A stretch of DNA of 64,000 nucleotides, from contig JAYKIB010000093.1 of assembly GCA_035285005.1 (NCBI GenBank), forward strand, positions 190 to 64,189. Reading direction: 5' to 3'. This stretch comes from Prochlorothrix sp. (GTDB lineage Bacteria > Cyanobacteriota > Cyanobacteriia > Prochlorotrichales > Prochlorotrichaceae). Numbering within the stretch: the first letter of the stretch is position 1; the number at the start of each line of letters is the position of its first letter. This document shows positions 10,164 through 20,553 of this stretch, in pieces. The translations under genes and the position numbers were made by a program. Below the pieces are notes generated by a model that worked only from the letters and a program-made list of their open reading frames with translations, did not search any database and had not been told where the DNA came from.

Positions 10164-11087
10164 ATGGCAGACCCCATGCTGACGGCTCATAATCTTTGGA
10201 AAACCTATGACGATCGCACCGTAGTGGAAGCCATCCACTTTACGTTGGCAGCGGGGGAAGTCCTCGGTCTGCTCGGTCCCAACGGGGCCGGGAAAACCAC
10301 CACCGTAGGAATGTGCTATGGACAAGTGCTACCCACTCAAGGCCATGTACAGTTTAATCAATGGCGTATTCCCCAGCACAGTAAGCAAGCTCGCTCTAAA
10401 ATGGGCATTGTCATCCAGGAAGACAATCTAGACCCCGATTTCACAGTTTTCCAGAATCTTGCCTACTTTGCCCATCACTACGGTATTCGTGGGGCAGCAG
10501 CACGACAGCGGGCGGGAGAACTCCTAGCCCAAGTCAACCTGGAAGCGGTGGGAAAGAACGCAGTGGATACGCTATCCGGTGGCATGAAACGGCGGTTAGT
10601 CTTGGCCCGTGCCCTAGTGAATCGCCCCCAGGTTGTTTTTTTAGATGAACCGACCACGGGGTTGGATCCCGATGCGCGGCAGGACTTCTGGCAATTGGTG
10701 ATCCAACTGCGACGGGAGGGTTGTGGCGTGGTGCTGACAACCCATTACATGGATGAGGCACAACGGCTATGCGATCGACTGCTATTGATGCAGCAGGGGC
10801 GTGTGATGGATGAGGGGAAACCCGACGTGTTAATTCAGCGGACGATCGGGCGCGAGGTGGCGGAAGTGGAGGGACTGGAGGAAGCCCAGGTGGTAGCGAT
10901 CGGCCAGCGGTTTCAGGTGTGGTGGCGACGGTTTGGTCACGGTTATGTGGTGGCACTACCGGAGGAGACAGGGACGGAGGTGTGGCACACCCTAGAGGCA
11001 ACCCAGGCCCCCCGTTTAACGCGACGTTTGGCCAATCTGGAGGATGTTTTCCTGCGCCTGACGGGAACAGATTTGGGATCAGATTGA
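10164..11087 (+). CDS. ABC transporter ATP-binding protein (ABC-2/DrrA/NodI-like), no adjacent permease gene
   Basis: GLLGPNGAGKTT Walker A, LSGGMKRRL signature, VVFLDEPTTGLD Walker B. Confidence 0.9.
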   Translation: MADPMLTAHNLWKTYDDRTVVEAIHFTLAAGEVLGLLGPNGAGKTTTVGMCYGQVLPTQGHVQFNQWRIPQHSKQARSKMGIVIQEDNLDPDFTVFQNLAYFAHHYGIRGAAARQRAGELLAQVNLEAVGKNAVDTLSGGMKRRLVLARALVNRPQVVFLDEPTTGLDPDARQDFWQLVIQLRREGCGVVLTTHYMDEAQRLCDRLLLMQQGRVMDEGKPDVLIQRTIGREVAEVEGLEEAQVVAIGQRFQVWWRRFGHGYVVALPEETGTEVWHTLEATQAPRLTRRLANLEDVFLRLTGTDLGSD

Positions 11088-11130
11088 GCCGACATTCCGC
11101 AGCTTCCCCAGCACACAGCACAAGTTCCAC

Positions 11131-11186
11131 AGAATAAGGGTTGGGTTGTGCGGCTTCGCCGCGCAACCCAATTCATCGAGGTGCCC
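11131..11186. repeat. Family-1 half element (inverted), abutting the cyclase stop codon
   Basis: AGAATAAGGGTTGGGTTGTGCGGCTTCGCCGCGCAACCCAATTCATCGAGGTGCCC. Confidence 0.8.
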
Positions 11187-14100
11187 TAGCGATTGAGTAA
11201 CCAATAGGTATTCATCCACCCCTTCCCTTTCACATAAATAGGACGGCGGCGCTGAAACTCGTATTTATCCTTGAGGCGCAGATAAGTAGCCTCAGACACT
11301 TGAATCCGACCTGGTTTACCGGAAGACTCCATACGAGAAGCCACATTAACCGTATCTCCCCATAGATTATAGATAAACTTACGAATCCCAATGACCCCTG
11401 CCACGGCCGCTCCGGTATTGATACCGATGCGCAGTTGCAGCCGATCGCCCCGGGGCGTGGGGTAGTAGCTCATGGTATCGGTCATCGCCAGGGCCATATC
11501 CGCGATGACCTCCGCATGGTCAGGCCGATAGAGGGGCAACCCTGCGGCCACCATATATTCATCCCCCACGGTTTTAATTTTCTCCAATCCAAAGGACTCG
11601 GCCAGGGTGTCAAAGTCTGAGAAAATCTGATTCAGCCAGTGAACCAGGTTTTCGGGGCTAACCTCCGATGAAAACGAGGTAAAGCCAACGATATCAGCAA
11701 AAAGCAAGGTCACTTCTGAGAAAGACTCAGCGATCGCCCGTTGTTTCTGCTTGAGTTGGGCGGCGATCGGTTGGGGCAAAATATTGAGTAGGAGTCGATC
11801 GGACTGGTGTTGCTCCTGGCGTAGGGCCTCTTCCGCCACTTCCCGCGCCTCTGTCATCGCCAACACATCTCCCACCAACTCCAGCATTTGAATATCCTTA
11901 CGCCGCCAGCCCTGGCAACCCTGCGCACGACTCACGCCCAAAAAGCCCACCAGTTGGTCCATGTAGACGAGGGGGACAATGGCGAGGGATTGTGTTTGGA
12001 GGGTCTGTAATAGCTTTCGCGGGTTTTGAATCGACTCCACGGCAACCGACTCCACAGCAACCGATCCCTGGGGTGGAGACCCAGGGGAAGCTGGCTGGTG
12101 CCAAAACCACTGCTGCTCCCGATGGGTTTGGCAGATCTCCCAGAGCCAATCATGCAATTCTGGCGAAAGACTGGGGAGTAAATCGCCAATGGGCTGAATC
12201 AACTCAAATTGGCTCCACTCCGCTCGAATTCTGAAGGATTTAGACTCCGATTCCGTAGGGTTCCGTGAGGAAAGGACTGAAACGGAGGAACTCAGATGGG
12301 GATCGGGAGGAGAAACGGACGAGCGGTATGGGACTACAGGAGCAGGACGATGGGCTGGATCTGGGACGGTGGCACGGTCCGAGGACCGGGTCGCAGACCG
12401 GGGAAGGGTGAACGTTCCGGCGGCCAAGGGCCGGAGGCTGGGGGGATCAACAACCGCGAGAAAACAACGATCGCTAGCGGTCAGGTGCCCTAACTGGGCG
12501 AGGAGATCGGGCAACACCCGGTTGAGGGTTTGGGTTTGATCTAAAAGCTGACGCGACACACCCAGCAACAATCGATCGCAGCGACGGTTATAGTCCCGCT
12601 GGGCTTCCAGCTTGCGCTGTTGCGTCACATCCTGGCCCATCCACAGCACCCGAGATTCACCCTGGAGTTCAATGATTTCCGCCGAAAATTCCGCTAATAG
12701 TTGCGTTCCTGACTTGGTATACAGTGCCACCTGCTCCTGCCGCAGCGTTCCTTGGGCCTGGAGCCGCTCAATAACTTTTTGCCGATCGTCCCGATTCACC
12801 CACAGGCCCACATGCAAACTTGAAGCGTTCTGCAAGTCCGCGACGGTATACCCCAATGCCTGGGCAAAGCTGGTATTGACCTCAATAAAATCCCCGGTGT
12901 CCAGGGTACTAATCGCCATTGGCACCGGCGCTTTCCAAAATGCGGTGGCAAACTTCTCCTCAGACTGTTTAAGCTCCGCAGTGCGGTGATGGACCCGACT
13001 TTCGAGGGTGGCATTGGTCTCGCTCAACGCCGCATTAGTTTGCTGAAGTTCCGCATTGGCAACGGCCAAGGTCTGATTGGTTGCCTCTAGGGTACTGAAC
13101 GACTGGTGTAGCTGCTGGGTCATGTGGTTAAAGGCGTGGGTCAACACCCCCAACTCACGACTCCCTCCCCCGGGCACCAGGGTATCCAGATGACCCTGGG
13201 CTAGGCGTTGGCTCGCCTCACTCAGGTCTTGCACCGGAGCAGATAACCAGCGGGCGATCATCACCCCCGCCACCACCATTCCCCCCGTGGCCAACAGGGT
13301 TAACAGCAGGGTCGATCGCACATTGCGATAGAGATGTCCCATGAAATCTGCTTCCGGCACCGCCACCACCACAATCCAATCAATTCCCGGCACCGTCGTC
13401 AGGGGGGTAACCTGCAAAAACTGCGTTTGGCCCTCAATCACAACGTCATACTGGGCAGCAGTTTGGACCTGCTGCCAGCTGCCCAGACGTTCCTGTAAAT
13501 AGGTAGTGGACTGGCGAATGAGGTCCGTTGGACTATTTTGGGCCAGTAGGCGACGGGGATTCTGCCCCTCGGCATGGCTTTGAAACAGGGCATCTGGGGC
13601 AGAAGTAGCAATGAGATAGCCGTCCCGATCGAGAATATAAACTTCTCCGGTTTTACCCACCTCTAAACGTGCTAAAAAGCGACTGATATCCGCAAGGGTC
13701 AGGGAAACTCCTAGCACACCCTGGAATTCACCCTCTGGATCATAGGCCCGTTGGGCCGCATCAATGGACAATTGATTTTGGGAGCCGACCCAGGTATAAA
13801 CCGGGCTCCAGGTGGGGGCAGCTGTGTTGAGGGCCGCTTGGTACCAGGGACGGGTCCGCACATCCACCTTGGGCAAAACCTGGGGGGGCATAATCAGCGC
13901 CCCGGTGCTGTCGGTGCTGTACTCATGGAGCTGTCCCTGGGTACTGTCATCAGAAAGACCGATCACAAGCTCTCCGCTGGGCTTACGCTCCACACCAACG
14001 ATATCTCCCGTTGAAGTCCCAAAATAGAGATAGCTCACCTCTGGAAATTGCTGACTTTGCTGCCAAAAGTGGCGGTGTAGAGTCTCAAAGGCTTGGCTAT

Positions 14101-14458
14101 CGAGGGTACCCAGGCGCATAGCATCGGCATTGACCTGGTTAATCACCTGGGGCAAGGTCAGGTAGCTCTCAAGGCGTTGCAGGGTATGGGCGGTGACTTC
14201 GGTACGCAGTTGGCGGGTAATGTCAGCCACAGCCCGCTGACCCGTGCGAAAGGAGAGGTAGCCCACGATCGCTTCAACAGCCAAAATCTGGACCACAAAG
14301 GGAATAATCAGGATCGTGCGCAGGGGCAACCGACCCGTCAGACGATGGAGGGACATGAGGCGGCGGATCACAGGCGTGGGGGGCGATCGGGTGAGGGAGG
14401 GCGATATGGCGGCGAATCCTAGGATGAGGCTGAATAGACTCCGCCAGAGGAGGAACAT
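11186..14458 (-). CDS. Multidomain class III adenylate/guanylate cyclase (TM-Cache-like sensor, HAMP, coiled coil, PAS, GAF with low-complexity insert, CYCc)
   Basis: C-terminal FADIVGFTSF...KTVGDEYMVAAGLP...GINTGAAVAGVIG...WGDTVNVASRMES cyclase motifs. N-terminal TM plus periplasmic domain and a second TM before the HAMP-like segment. Confidence 0.9.
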   Translation of the reverse strand: MFLLWRSLFSLILGFAAISPSLTRSPPTPVIRRLMSLHRLTGRLPLRTILIIPFVVQILAVEAIVGYLSFRTGQRAVADITRQLRTEVTAHTLQRLESYLTLPQVINQVNADAMRLGTLDSQAFETLHRHFWQQSQQFPEVSYLYFGTSTGDIVGVERKPSGELVIGLSDDSTQGQLHEYSTDSTGALIMPPQVLPKVDVRTRPWYQAALNTAAPTWSPVYTWVGSQNQLSIDAAQRAYDPEGEFQGVLGVSLTLADISRFLARLEVGKTGEVYILDRDGYLIATSAPDALFQSHAEGQNPRRLLAQNSPTDLIRQSTTYLQERLGSWQQVQTAAQYDVVIEGQTQFLQVTPLTTVPGIDWIVVVAVPEADFMGHLYRNVRSTLLLTLLATGGMVVAGVMIARWLSAPVQDLSEASQRLAQGHLDTLVPGGGSRELGVLTHAFNHMTQQLHQSFSTLEATNQTLAVANAELQQTNAALSETNATLESRVHHRTAELKQSEEKFATAFWKAPVPMAISTLDTGDFIEVNTSFAQALGYTVADLQNASSLHVGLWVNRDDRQKVIERLQAQGTLRQEQVALYTKSGTQLLAEFSAEIIELQGESRVLWMGQDVTQQRKLEAQRDYNRRCDRLLLGVSRQLLDQTQTLNRVLPDLLAQLGHLTASDRCFLAVVDPPSLRPLAAGTFTLPRSATRSSDRATVPDPAHRPAPVVPYRSSVSPPDPHLSSSVSVLSSRNPTESESKSFRIRAEWSQFELIQPIGDLLPSLSPELHDWLWEICQTHREQQWFWHQPASPGSPPQGSVAVESVAVESIQNPRKLLQTLQTQSLAIVPLVYMDQLVGFLGVSRAQGCQGWRRKDIQMLELVGDVLAMTEAREVAEEALRQEQHQSDRLLLNILPQPIAAQLKQKQRAIAESFSEVTLLFADIVGFTSFSSEVSPENLVHWLNQIFSDFDTLAESFGLEKIKTVGDEYMVAAGLPLYRPDHAEVIADMALAMTDTMSYYPTPRGDRLQLRIGINTGAAVAGVIGIRKFIYNLWGDTVNVASRMESSGKPGRIQVSEATYLRLKDKYEFQRRRPIYVKGKGWMNTYWLLNR

Positions 14459-14663
14459 CTCAATCCCTGGACCTCATACAACCAAGAACGACCCTAGTCG
14501 GAGGTGGTGTGTTTTGGCGTTGGGGCAACCTAGGGAGGAGTATAGGGGAAGTATAACGGATCCGCCCGATCCCAAGGGATCGGTCTGGCGAGAATTGCAG
14601 GGAGCGTCGATCCACGGTGAAATTCGGGCGATAATGGCAACGCACCTGTGAAGGCTGGAACCA

Positions 14664-15575
14664 ATGTCCGTCTCAATTATTATTCCCACGCTGAATGAGG
14701 CCACCTGTCTCAGAGCAACGTTGTGTATGCTGCGCAGTTTGGACCCGTCTCCCTTGGAAATCATCCTGAGTGATGGGGGCAGCGAAGATGGAACCGTGGC
14801 GATCGGGATTGAAGAACTTGGCAGCCAGATCATCGAACTGGAGAACAGCGCAGTAGGACCGGGCGAAACGACCGAGACTGGGGCCAAGGCGATCGAAATC
14901 AGCACGATTGCGACAGCCCCCCGCATTTCCCCAACCATCGGCCATGGCACCATTGAGGCCCCAGTTCTTCCCCCGAATCTCCCTGGGGAAACGGGATTCA
15001 TCCGTATTCTCCAGACCACACCAGCCCAACGGGCGCGACAAATGAATCGGGGCGCTCAAGTGGCCCGGGGGACAATTCTCTGTTTTCTCCATGCAGATAC
15101 CCAAGTCCCCCCGGATCTAGTCACCCTATTGGAAACAACTTTACAGGATCCCGAGACCGCCGCTGTGGGCTTCATTTCCTTAATGAGTGGTCCCTTAACA
15201 ACCCGTTGGGGCATTTCCTTCCATAATTATCTCAAAACCTACTATGCAGCGCTTCTGTTTTATCCTTGGGCCTTCTTTTCCAAAGGGTTACGCATCCTCT
15301 TTGGGGACCAGGTGATTGCCTGTCGCACGCGAGAGTTCGATCGATGTGGCGGATTTGATTCGTCCCTGGCAATTATGGAGGATGCGGACCTCTGTTTGCG
15401 TTTAAATGACTACGGGCGCATTCGGATGTTAAACCGGGTGGTCCAGTCCTCCGATCGACGGGTGGCCCACTGGGGACCGTGGAAGGCAAATTTCCTATAT
15501 TTAGCGATCGGGATTCTCTGGGGCCTAGGGGTCGATTCCCACTATTTGAAGCAATTTTATCAGGATATTCGCTGA
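14664..15575 (+). CDS. Family 2 glycosyltransferase (resembles the TIGR04283-type GT2) carrying a ~75-aa low-complexity insertion
   Basis: MSVSIIIPTLNEA start, SDGGSEDGT, RARQMNRGAQVARGTILCFLHADTQVP. Confidence 0.8.
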   Translation: MSVSIIIPTLNEATCLRATLCMLRSLDPSPLEIILSDGGSEDGTVAIGIEELGSQIIELENSAVGPGETTETGAKAIEISTIATAPRISPTIGHGTIEAPVLPPNLPGETGFIRILQTTPAQRARQMNRGAQVARGTILCFLHADTQVPPDLVTLLETTLQDPETAAVGFISLMSGPLTTRWGISFHNYLKTYYAALLFYPWAFFSKGLRILFGDQVIACRTREFDRCGGFDSSLAIMEDADLCLRLNDYGRIRMLNRVVQSSDRRVAHWGPWKANFLYLAIGILWGLGVDSHYLKQFYQDIR

Positions 15576-16288
15576 TTGAGACCCCAATCATAGGGTAGAT
15601 AGCGAATACTCAGGGTCTGGAGTGAGGTCCCAGGAAGTTGTAAATAGGGCTGGAGGTAGGCAATCACAGAGCCGGCAGCAGCTTCAAAGTCCCGGCGATA
15701 CCAGCGAAAAATGGGACTCAGGTGAAGTTGATGCCGCGTAGGATCGTACAGGACCTTGCTGGGATTGTGGATAAAACGATCGGCTTCCTCCGACAACTGA
15801 CTTTGGACCCGTTCCGGTGTGTAGGCTTGGGAGCGCAGCCAGGGACAGCCCACGGAGGCGCACACGAGGGCAAAGTGAAGACGCGGATCGGGATAGTGAG
15901 GGCGGAGGATACCATGCTCGATCTGGTTGAGGCTATAGGTTCGATCGCCCGATCGCCAGCGAGGTTTCTGGAAAAATCGAAGAAATTGGATAAAATCAGG
16001 AATCCCCAGGACCTTAGGAAAGATCGAGGCGATCGGGTACTGGTCGAGGACCGCTTGGATTGTCAAGGCATTATAAAGATTGATCCAAAAAGCAAGTGCT
16101 TGATCTGGCGTTAACTCCCCATGATTCACCTGGGATTGGGCTAGGATCCAAGCAGCAAGCGGCTCTTGATCCCGGTTCTGCCACGTTGCATACGCTACAC
16201 GCCCCGCCCTAACATAGCGCCCTAGGAGTTGATCCCAGACCCTAACGTCTAAATCACAGGTTTTTTGAGGTTCAAAGTCGGTAGTCAT
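15560..16288 (-). CDS. DUF547 domain-containing protein
   Basis: FWINLYNALTIQAVL and HFALVCASVGCPWL motifs characteristic of DUF547. The 3' end overlaps the GT2 gene by 16 bp. Confidence 0.78.
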   Translation of the reverse strand: MTTDFEPQKTCDLDVRVWDQLLGRYVRAGRVAYATWQNRDQEPLAAWILAQSQVNHGELTPDQALAFWINLYNALTIQAVLDQYPIASIFPKVLGIPDFIQFLRFFQKPRWRSGDRTYSLNQIEHGILRPHYPDPRLHFALVCASVGCPWLRSQAYTPERVQSQLSEEADRFIHNPSKVLYDPTRHQLHLSPIFRWYRRDFEAAAGSVIAYLQPYLQLPGTSLQTLSIRYLPYDWGLNQRIS

Positions 16289-16826
16289 GCAACAGTTACT
16301 CTGGCATTCCCTAGACGTTTGGCTATCACAGTATTTCCCGGATGTGGAGCCGATAACGGTCCCAGTGCTGCATCAGTGGCTCGCTCAGGCCCCCGATCGG
16401 GATCAAGCCTTACCGCTACTCCTGGATGCCCGCACTCCCGCAGAGTACCACATCAGCCATCTGCCAGCAGCCCAACTGCTCCCCCCAGCGTGGGACCACC
16501 CAGATAGGAATCATCCAGATGGGAATCATCCAGATGGGAATCATCCAGCGGCCAGTCCGTTCCCCAAGGGGAACGATCGCGATCGACCGGTGGTGGTGTA
16601 TTGCTCGATCGGCTATCGATCGGCCATCGCAGCCCAAAAGCTCAAATCTGCCGGTTTCAGCCAAGTTTTTAACCTCAGCGGCTCCCTATTTTCCTGGGCT
16701 GCCCAGGGCTACCCCCTTTACCGGGGTACGCAACCGGTGTTAGATCTACACCCCTACCACTGGACTTGGGCGATGCTATTGGGTTCGATCGTGCCCCAGG
16801 TGCAGTTGCGTTACACCCTGGAGTGA
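16287..16826 (+). CDS. Rhodanese-like domain protein with an in-frame HPDGN tandem repeat
   Basis: LLDARTPAEYHISHL and the active-site loop VVVYCSIGYRSA. Its ATG overlaps the divergent DUF547 start (CATG at 16286-16289). An alternative GTG start lies at 16344. Confidence 0.75.
   Translation: MQQLLWHSLDVWLSQYFPDVEPITVPVLHQWLAQAPDRDQALPLLLDARTPAEYHISHLPAAQLLPPAWDHPDRNHPDGNHPDGNHPAASPFPKGNDRDRPVVVYCSIGYRSAIAAQKLKSAGFSQVFNLSGSLFSWAAQGYPLYRGTQPVLDLHPYHWTWAMLLGSIVPQVQLRYTLE
16497..16548 (+). repeat. In-frame 15-bp tandem repeat (~3 units) inside the rhodanese gene (HPDGN repeats)
   Basis: GGAATCATCCAGATG at 16507 and 16522, with partial units on both sides. Confidence 0.85.
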
Positions 16827-16834
16827 TTATTGTG

Positions 16835-17440
16835 ATGGCGCTGACTCAGTTCAAAAATACGCCCTTTTGGGGCAGACTCGTTCTCCCTCTGTGGCAGTGG
16901 GATGCCCAGGAAAAATTTAGGCGGTTACAGCCTTTTCTCAAATCTGAAGCAAAGATCCTAGAAATTGGCAGTGGTCTCGGCAGCGTTACCTCCCATTTTC
17001 GACAGCAGGGCTTGCAGATCACCCCCGTGGATATTGCCGATGCCAGTCTTCTGCCAGGGACTACACCACAGATTTACGATGGGGGGTGCTTGCCCTTCAC
17101 CGATCGAAGTTTCGACACCGTACTCCTGCTCACAGTGCTACACCACATTGCAGATCCCATTCAAACCATAGGAGAAGCCCAGCGAGTTGGTAATACAGTT
17201 CTGATTATTGAAGATATTTACACAAATCCAGTCCAAAAGTATTTAACCTACGGGGTCGATAGCCTCATGAATCTAGAATTCCGGGATCATCCCCACAGCA
17301 ATCACACCGATGCAGAGTGGCAGTCAATTTTCCAAAATTTAGGTTTAGAGTTAATCTATACCGAGAGTTATGCCTTTGTCGGGTTCTTTCGCCAGGTTAT
17401 CTACGTCCTACGGTCTCCACAGCAGCCAAACTCTAATTAA
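16835..17440 (+). CDS. Class I SAM-dependent methyltransferase
   Basis: ILEIGSGLGSV motif I and FDTVLLLTVLHHI. Start moved to the ATG at 16835 (MALTQ), because the longer ORF overlaps the rhodanese gene. Confidence 0.8.
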   Translation: MALTQFKNTPFWGRLVLPLWQWDAQEKFRRLQPFLKSEAKILEIGSGLGSVTSHFRQQGLQITPVDIADASLLPGTTPQIYDGGCLPFTDRSFDTVLLLTVLHHIADPIQTIGEAQRVGNTVLIIEDIYTNPVQKYLTYGVDSLMNLEFRDHPHSNHTDAEWQSIFQNLGLELIYTESYAFVGFFRQVIYVLRSPQQPNSN

Positions 17441-17453
17441 CTGACATGGGATA

Positions 17454-17551
17454 GGGCACCTCGTTCATTGAGTTGGGCGGCGAAGCCGCCCAACTCAATC
17501 CTGATTCTGACCTGGGTCACTGGGCAAGAACTTTGATTTTTCGAGGTACCC
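17454..17551. repeat. Family-1 element (hairpin + GTCACTGGGCAAGAAC...TTTTTCGAGGTACCC module), filling the gap between convergent genes
   Basis: GGGCACCTCGTTCATTGAGTTGGGCGGCGAAGCCGCCCAACTCAATCCTGATTCTGACCTGGGTCACTGGGCAAGAACTTTGATTTTTCGAGGTACCC. Confidence 0.85.
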
Positions 17552-17552
17552 C

Positions 17553-19631
17553 TCAGCTCATTCCATCCTCGACAACTTCAGGATGGAAATAGGCATAGAT
17601 TTGCTGGGCCAGCTTGGGACCAATACCGGGCACCGTCGCCAGTTGCTCCGGGGTCGCAAGACGAACATAGTCGATCGATCGAAACTGGGCCAACAGTTCC
17701 TTTTGCCGGGTGTGACCGAGGCCGGGAATTGCGTCTAAACGGGAGCGACGCTGGCGATCGCTACGCTTTTGGCGGTGAAAACTGACGGCAAAGCGATGCG
17801 CCTCATCTCGGAGACGGCGTAACAGTTGAACTCCGGGTTGATCGGGATCGGTTACCAGGGGCTGGGACTGCCCTGGAAGAAAGATCTCCTCCCGTTTTTT
17901 CGCCAAACTAACCACCTTAAGGTCTTCCAATAGGTTTAGCTCCCGTAACACCGCCACCACCGCAGAAAGCTGACCTTTTCCCCCATCGATCATCACCACA
18001 TCGGGCCAGTCCGACAGATCATCCGATCGGAGCAAACTCGGTGCCCGGTTGCCCTGGGGCCGAATCACCTCCCCCGCCGCCTTCGCCGCCGCATAGCGCC
18101 GGAAGCGTCGCCCCAGCACTTCCGCCATACTGGCAAAATCATCGGAGTGGCCGATCGTCACCGTGGGATTTTTGATTTTATAGCGGCGATAATGCTGTTT
18201 TGCGGGCATCCCATCCAAAAAAACCACCTGGGAGGCCACCGCATCAGACCCTTGGATATGGGAGATGTCATAGCCCTCAATGCGGCGGGGCAGTTCCGGC
18301 AAATCTAGCACCGTAGCTAAATCCTCCATGGCCTGGAGGTTACGATCGGCAGCGGCTTGGGTTCTTGCCAACTCATACTCCGCATTCCGCTCCACCATGG
18401 CCAGGAGCTCCGCTTTCTGCTGTCGCTGGGGGACAACGATTTCCACTTTACGACCGCGCCGCTGACTGAGATACTGGGCCAAGATCTCGGGTTCCGGGAG
18501 TGCCTGCTGGACCAGAACCTCCGCAGGAATTTCCACCGGGTCGGCGGTTTGGTAATGCTGCTCCAAAACCCGCTGTAATAGGCTCCCCGCATCCCCAGCC
18601 TGGGCATCGGCCACAAACCCTAAACGCCCCACCAACCGCCCTGCCCGAATCTGAAAGACCTGGATACAGGCATGGATTTCGTCTGCGGCCAGGGCGATCG
18701 CATCCCGCGACACCGTATCATCGGGTAATGCCACCTTTTGCTGCGCCCCCAGATTCTGCAATCCCCGCATCTGGTCCCGAAGGTGGGCAGCCTGCTCAAA
18801 ATTCAGAGCATTGGCGGCCTTTTCCATTTGTTTTTGAATTAAGTCCTCTAGTTCCTGGGTTCTACCTTGAAAAATCATGGCCACTTTCTGCACTGTTTTG
18901 CGGTAGTCCTCGGGGGTCACTAATTGCTGACAGACACCGGGGCAACGGCCCATATCGTAGTTGAGGCAGGGACGGTCTTTGAACAGGGGCTGGCGACGTT
19001 GACGCAGGGGAAAGAGGCGCTGCACCAAGCCGAGGGTTTGGCGGAGGAGACTGGCATCCACATAGGGACCGTAGTAGCGATCGCCCCGGTTTCCTAGCCG
19101 CCGTTTTCGGGTGATAAAAAGCCGAGGATAGTCTTCAGACCAGGTAATGCAGAGATAGGGATATTTTTTATCATCCTTTAGCAGCACATTGAAGTGGGGC
19201 TGGTGCTGCTTAATCAAGTTGGCCTCCAGAGCCAGGGCTTCCGCTTCAGTATCGGTGACAATGAAGTCGATGCTGACCACCTGTTGCACCATCAGGGCAA
19301 TACGGGGACTGAGGGATTGGCTAGACCGAAAATAGGACCGAACCCGCGATCGAAGTTTTTTGGATTTACCAATATAGAGAATATTGCCCTGGCGATCGCT
19401 CATCAAATAAACCCCAGGTTCCGGAGGCAGCGCTTTGAGGAGAGCCTCCAGGCGATCGGGGGTTTTCACGAGGGGAGTTCCCAGTTCCGGTTGAGTATCG
19501 GGGGGGACTGGGGTATCCGGAGAAACTGGGGTATCCGGAGGAGTGGCATCCCAATTTTTGCTGGTGCTGGTGCGACTGGTGTTGGTGCGGCGGCGACCCA
19601 TAGCGATGTGGCGGTTTTTGTGCTTGAACAA
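17553..19631 (-). CDS. uvrC: Excinuclease ABC subunit C with an N-terminal Pro/Thr-rich extension (alternative start at 19601)
   Basis: [34 protein letters not shown]-domain [17 protein letters not shown]-terminal Hh[17 protein letters not shown]...[13 protein letters not shown]. Confidence 0.93.
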   Translation of the reverse strand: MFKHKNRHIAMGRRRTNTSRTSTSKNWDATPPDTPVSPDTPVPPDTQPELGTPLVKTPDRLEALLKALPPEPGVYLMSDRQGNILYIGKSKKLRSRVRSYFRSSQSLSPRIALMVQQVVSIDFIVTDTEAEALALEANLIKQHQPHFNVLLKDDKKYPYLCITWSEDYPRLFITRKRRLGNRGDRYYGPYVDASLLRQTLGLVQRLFPLRQRRQPLFKDRPCLNYDMGRCPGVCQQLVTPEDYRKTVQKVAMIFQGRTQELEDLIQKQMEKAANALNFEQAAHLRDQMRGLQNLGAQQKVALPDDTVSRDAIALAADEIHACIQVFQIRAGRLVGRLGFVADAQAGDAGSLLQRVLEQHYQTADPVEIPAEVLVQQALPEPEILAQYLSQRRGRKVEIVVPQRQQKAELLAMVERNAEYELARTQAAADRNLQAMEDLATVLDLPELPRRIEGYDISHIQGSDAVASQVVFLDGMPAKQHYRRYKIKNPTVTIGHSDDFASMAEVLGRRFRRYAAAKAAGEVIRPQGNRAPSLLRSDDLSDWPDVVMIDGGKGQLSAVVAVLRELNLLEDLKVVSLAKKREEIFLPGQSQPLVTDPDQPGVQLLRRLRDEAHRFAVSFHRQKRSDRQRRSRLDAIPGLGHTRQKELLAQFRSIDYVRLATPEQLATVPGIGPKLAQQIYAYFHPEVVEDGMS

Positions 19632-19790
19632 CCCCGATCCGGAGCCTGTGTTTATCGAGAATCGGATCGTCTGGGACCGAATCTATGGTAGCTGCCAAGG
19701 CGCGGAGGACAAGACTAGGGCCGAGAATTCTTCGCTGCGCCGGGCATTCTCGGCCCCCCAGAGAAGGAACGCCAGATTGATCTGTCGCCA

Positions 19791-19890
19791 GGGCACCTCG
19801 ATTCATTGGGTTGGGCGGCTTCACCGCCCAACCCAACCCTAATTCTGCCGTGGGTACTGCGGTGAAAATCTGTATTAATCGAGGTGTCCC
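19791..19890. repeat. Family-1 element, full copy
   Basis: Identical to the copy at 40104-40203 except for a few bases in the hairpin. Confidence 0.9.
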
Positions 19891-20170
19891 CGTGTAAACA
19901 CGGAGGAAAACGGAAAAATCAGCGCCTCGTATCCGTGCTTTTCCACACCAAACTCCTGCTTAAAATTATGTAATTTCCCGAATTTGCTGTTTAAAGAATC
20001 TTGCTAAATTATCAGTAACTTCAATGAATTCTCCGCCCTAATCCGATGACCACCCTGTTCGTAACAGTTCAGTACAGGCCGAAAGCTACCCTGCTGAAGG
20101 TGGAACCACTTCCTGGGTCAGGCGTAAGTACAGGGTGCTATGGGTCCCAAATCATTCCAAATAAGTCTCA

Positions 20171-20265
20171 GGGCATCCCGATTAATCCAACTTTCTGGGA
20201 GACAGCTCACGCAAGAACGAGGGGTTGGGCGGCGAAGCCGCCCAACCTAGTTAATCAAGGTGCCC
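20171..20265. repeat. Family-1 variant (GGGAGACAGC(T/C)CACGCAA module + hairpin)
   Basis: GGGCATCCCGATTAAT...TGGGAGACAGCTCACGCAAGAACGAGGGGTTGGGCGGCGAAGCCGCCCAACC...TTAATCAAGGTGCCC. Same layout as 28414-28513. Confidence 0.75.
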
Positions 20266-20553
20266 CTCAGATTCCCGCAGCAATCCCAACTAAATCCTAT
20301 TTTGATGGTCCATGAAAGCTAATCCTGATCAATCCCAGTTGCCCCACACGTTATATACCCACCGGTATTCCCCTAAGCACGGTGCTAAGAACACGCAGGA
20401 AGCTGTGGAGCGATCCACTGCGGTAGAACTGCCCCAACCCGCTGTGGTTCGCATGTCTCCGATTCCCTCCCGCCGCGTGCACGAATACTTCAATCACGTC
20501 CAACGACGCGAGTTTGTCTGACCCGATCGCCCCCGGGTGTTTCAATTACACAG

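Noticed and set aside
20060-20150. SRP-RNA or riboswitch-like hairpin (CTGAAGGTGGAACCACTTCCTGGGTCAGG)
   Set aside because: It lacks the conserved GGUCCGGAAGGAAGCAGC domain IV motif, and I could not match any known motif. It is mentioned only under the gap finding.
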